Assembly (NCBI GenBank): GCA_038746265.1
Contig: JBCDKU010000001.1
Location: 54,281 to 118,280, forward strand
DNA: 64,000 nt
Direction: 5' to 3'
DNA from: Planctomycetota bacterium
Lineage (GTDB): Bacteria > Planctomycetota > Phycisphaerae > Phycisphaerales > UBA1924
Positions 62,916 to 64,000 of the stretch are shown here, in pieces. A program made the translations under genes and the position numbers. Below the pieces are notes generated by a model. The model ran no database searches. It was given only the letters and a program-made list of their open reading frames with translations, and was not told the DNA's origin. Each line of letters opens with the position of its first letter. Within the stretch, counting starts at the first letter, position 1.

Positions 62916-63158
62916 CTACGCCGCGAGGTCGAGGGTTCGACCCAGGTTGGCGAGCTGCTCGCGCGGGGTGACGGGGTGGGAGCCGCGGAAGGCGTAGGTG
63001 GCGGGGCCCAGCGGAGTTCGGTCCGGCTCTGGCTCCGGTGTCGGGAAGGGCTTCGGCGGCTCGGGCTGGTTTGTGAGAGCGCCGTAGGCCGCGCGGATTC
63101 TGCCGGGGAGGCTCGGCGCGGGCGGGGTGTGGTCGAGGGTGAAGGGGGAAGTCGTCAT
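62916..63158 (-). CDS. possible small Pro-rich protein (80 aa)
   Basis: ATG 63158 inside ORF 62916..63377. Third-position G+C is very high in this frame (counted by eye). It ends 24 nt before the start of the aminotransferase gene. No homology is recognisable. Confidence 0.3.
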   Translation of the reverse strand: MTTSPFTLDHTPPAPSLPGRIRAAYGALTNQPEPPKPFPTPEPEPDRTPLGPATYAFRGSHPVTPREQLANLGRTLDLAA

Positions 63159-63327
63159 GGCGGGCGTCTCCGACGCGGGTGAACGGATGCGGGCGTCCTG
63201 CCCGCTGTCCGGGGCATCGGGCGGTTGGCGTGGCGTCGGTGAGCGGTAGGCTTGGTGATGAGCACATACGCCCGCGTCGCGCAGCGGCTGCGTCGCGCGG
63301 GCGCAGGATCGAGCCGGTGAGGTCGCG

Positions 63328-64000
63328 ATGGAACTGCCCAGCTTTCTCAGCAAGCACAAGAACCACCACCAGCACACGAGCTACCTGACGTTCATCAAGG
63401 GCGGGCTCGGGCTGATGGCCAACCCGGAGCACACGGCCTCGGTGTTCGACATGGAGGACGGGCTGCGGGGCTCGGGGGCGGAGGAGCAGTTCTTCGAGTT
63501 CACGAGCCAGGACCCGGCGGTGCAGGAGATCATCAAGGAGCGGTACCTGCAGTCGGTGCCCGACACCGAAAGGCTCGCGGACCTGCCCGAGGGCTCGCTC
63601 GGCAAGACCTACGTCACGCACCTGAGCACGATGGGCTTCGACCCCGACTACTACCGCAAGATCGATGTCCGAACGGACGTGGACTACGTGCTCATGCGGA
63701 TCCGTCAGACGCACGACATCTGGCACGTCGTGACGGGGTTCGACACGCACCCCCTCGGTGAGATCTGCGTGAAGGCGTGCGAGCTCGCGCAGACACACCG
63801 TCCGATGGCGGGGGCGATCTGCGCGGGCGGGCTGTACCGGTATCTCTTCAAGCAGCCGGGCGAGTTCAACCACTTTCTCGAGTCGGTCGCGGCGGGGTAC
63901 CGGCTCGGGATCCGGGCGAAGCCGCTGCTGGCGCAGAAGTGGGAGGAGCAGTGGGACCGGCCGGTGGATGAGATCCGCAAGGAGTTGAAGGTGACGCCGC
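63328..64000 (+). CDS. Coq4-family protein (3' end outside window)
   Basis: ATG 63328, open to the window end (not in the ORF track because no stop is reached). IRQTHDIWHVVTGFDTHPLGE matches the Coq4 HDxxH-x11-E zinc motif. Confidence 0.65.
   Translation, partial: MELPSFLSKHKNHHQHTSYLTFIKGGLGLMANPEHTASVFDMEDGLRGSGAEEQFFEFTSQDPAVQEIIKERYLQSVPDTERLADLPEGSLGKTYVTHLSTMGFDPDYYRKIDVRTDVDYVLMRIRQTHDIWHVVTGFDTHPLGEICVKACELAQTHRPMAGAICAGGLYRYLFKQPGEFNHFLESVAAGYRLGIRAKPLLAQKWEEQWDRPVDEIRKELKVTP

Noticed and set aside
60257-63182. Long ORFs opposite or out of frame with the PLP enzymes (60257..61486 +, 60363..61562 -, 61338..63182 +, 61828..62520 -)
   Set aside because: Only the accepted frames contain the PLP-lysine and SHITS motifs. 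The others are R/G/P/A-rich.

Overview
This is a 64-kb, high-GC bacterial chromosomal window; typical coding lines are about 70% G+C by eye. Gene content suggests Planctomycetota, possibly Phycisphaerae-like. That call is an inference from a DUF1559/H-X9-DG-type pseudopilin, dockerin-like D-x-N-G-D-G tails, an ECF sigma/Ser-Thr kinase pair, a Bat/VWA-type operon and many secreted proteins. I call about 58 protein genes, one tRNA-Arg(CCT), three or four intrinsic terminators and two promoter/operator regions.

Housekeeping genes: glmS (3' end), trpC, trpS, pfk, an HscA-like Hsp70, tdh, an LpxL-like acyltransferase, a ROK kinase, ispE, a Nif3 homologue, rplM-rpsI, and two class-V PLP enzymes.

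Accessory or unusual content:
1. Four tandem membrane/zinc-ribbon paralogs directly after glmS (0.2-2.6 kb). One has no canonical start codon.
2. An orphan but intact terminase-large-subunit operon (2xHTH, ABC-ATPase::GNAT fusion, RHH, TerL). It faces a LexA/CI-like autocleavable repressor and tRNA-Arg, and no phage structural or integrase genes accompany it (3.4-8.1 kb).
3. An ECF sigma + Ser/Thr kinase pair followed by a secreted collagen-like fibre with a phage tail-fibre S74 chaperone domain (12-17.5 kb).
4. A nine-gene, translationally coupled Bat/VWA-like operon lacking its MoxR ATPase (23.6-37.3 kb).
5. A periplasmic CX5R phosphatase fused to a cytochrome c'-like CXXCH domain (42.4-43.4 kb).
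6. A visibly lower-GC islet (52.5-57.1 kb). It carries an AAA+/wHTH ATPase behind a near-consensus, palindrome-laden, apparently leaderless promoter, plus a coupled 3-gene operon ending in a MauE::pseudopilin fusion.

Several unrelated proteins have lost canonical metal or redox cysteines. Many long ORFs in the track are antisense or alternate-frame artefacts of the high GC content and were rejected. All functional calls rest on motifs read by eye; no database search was possible.
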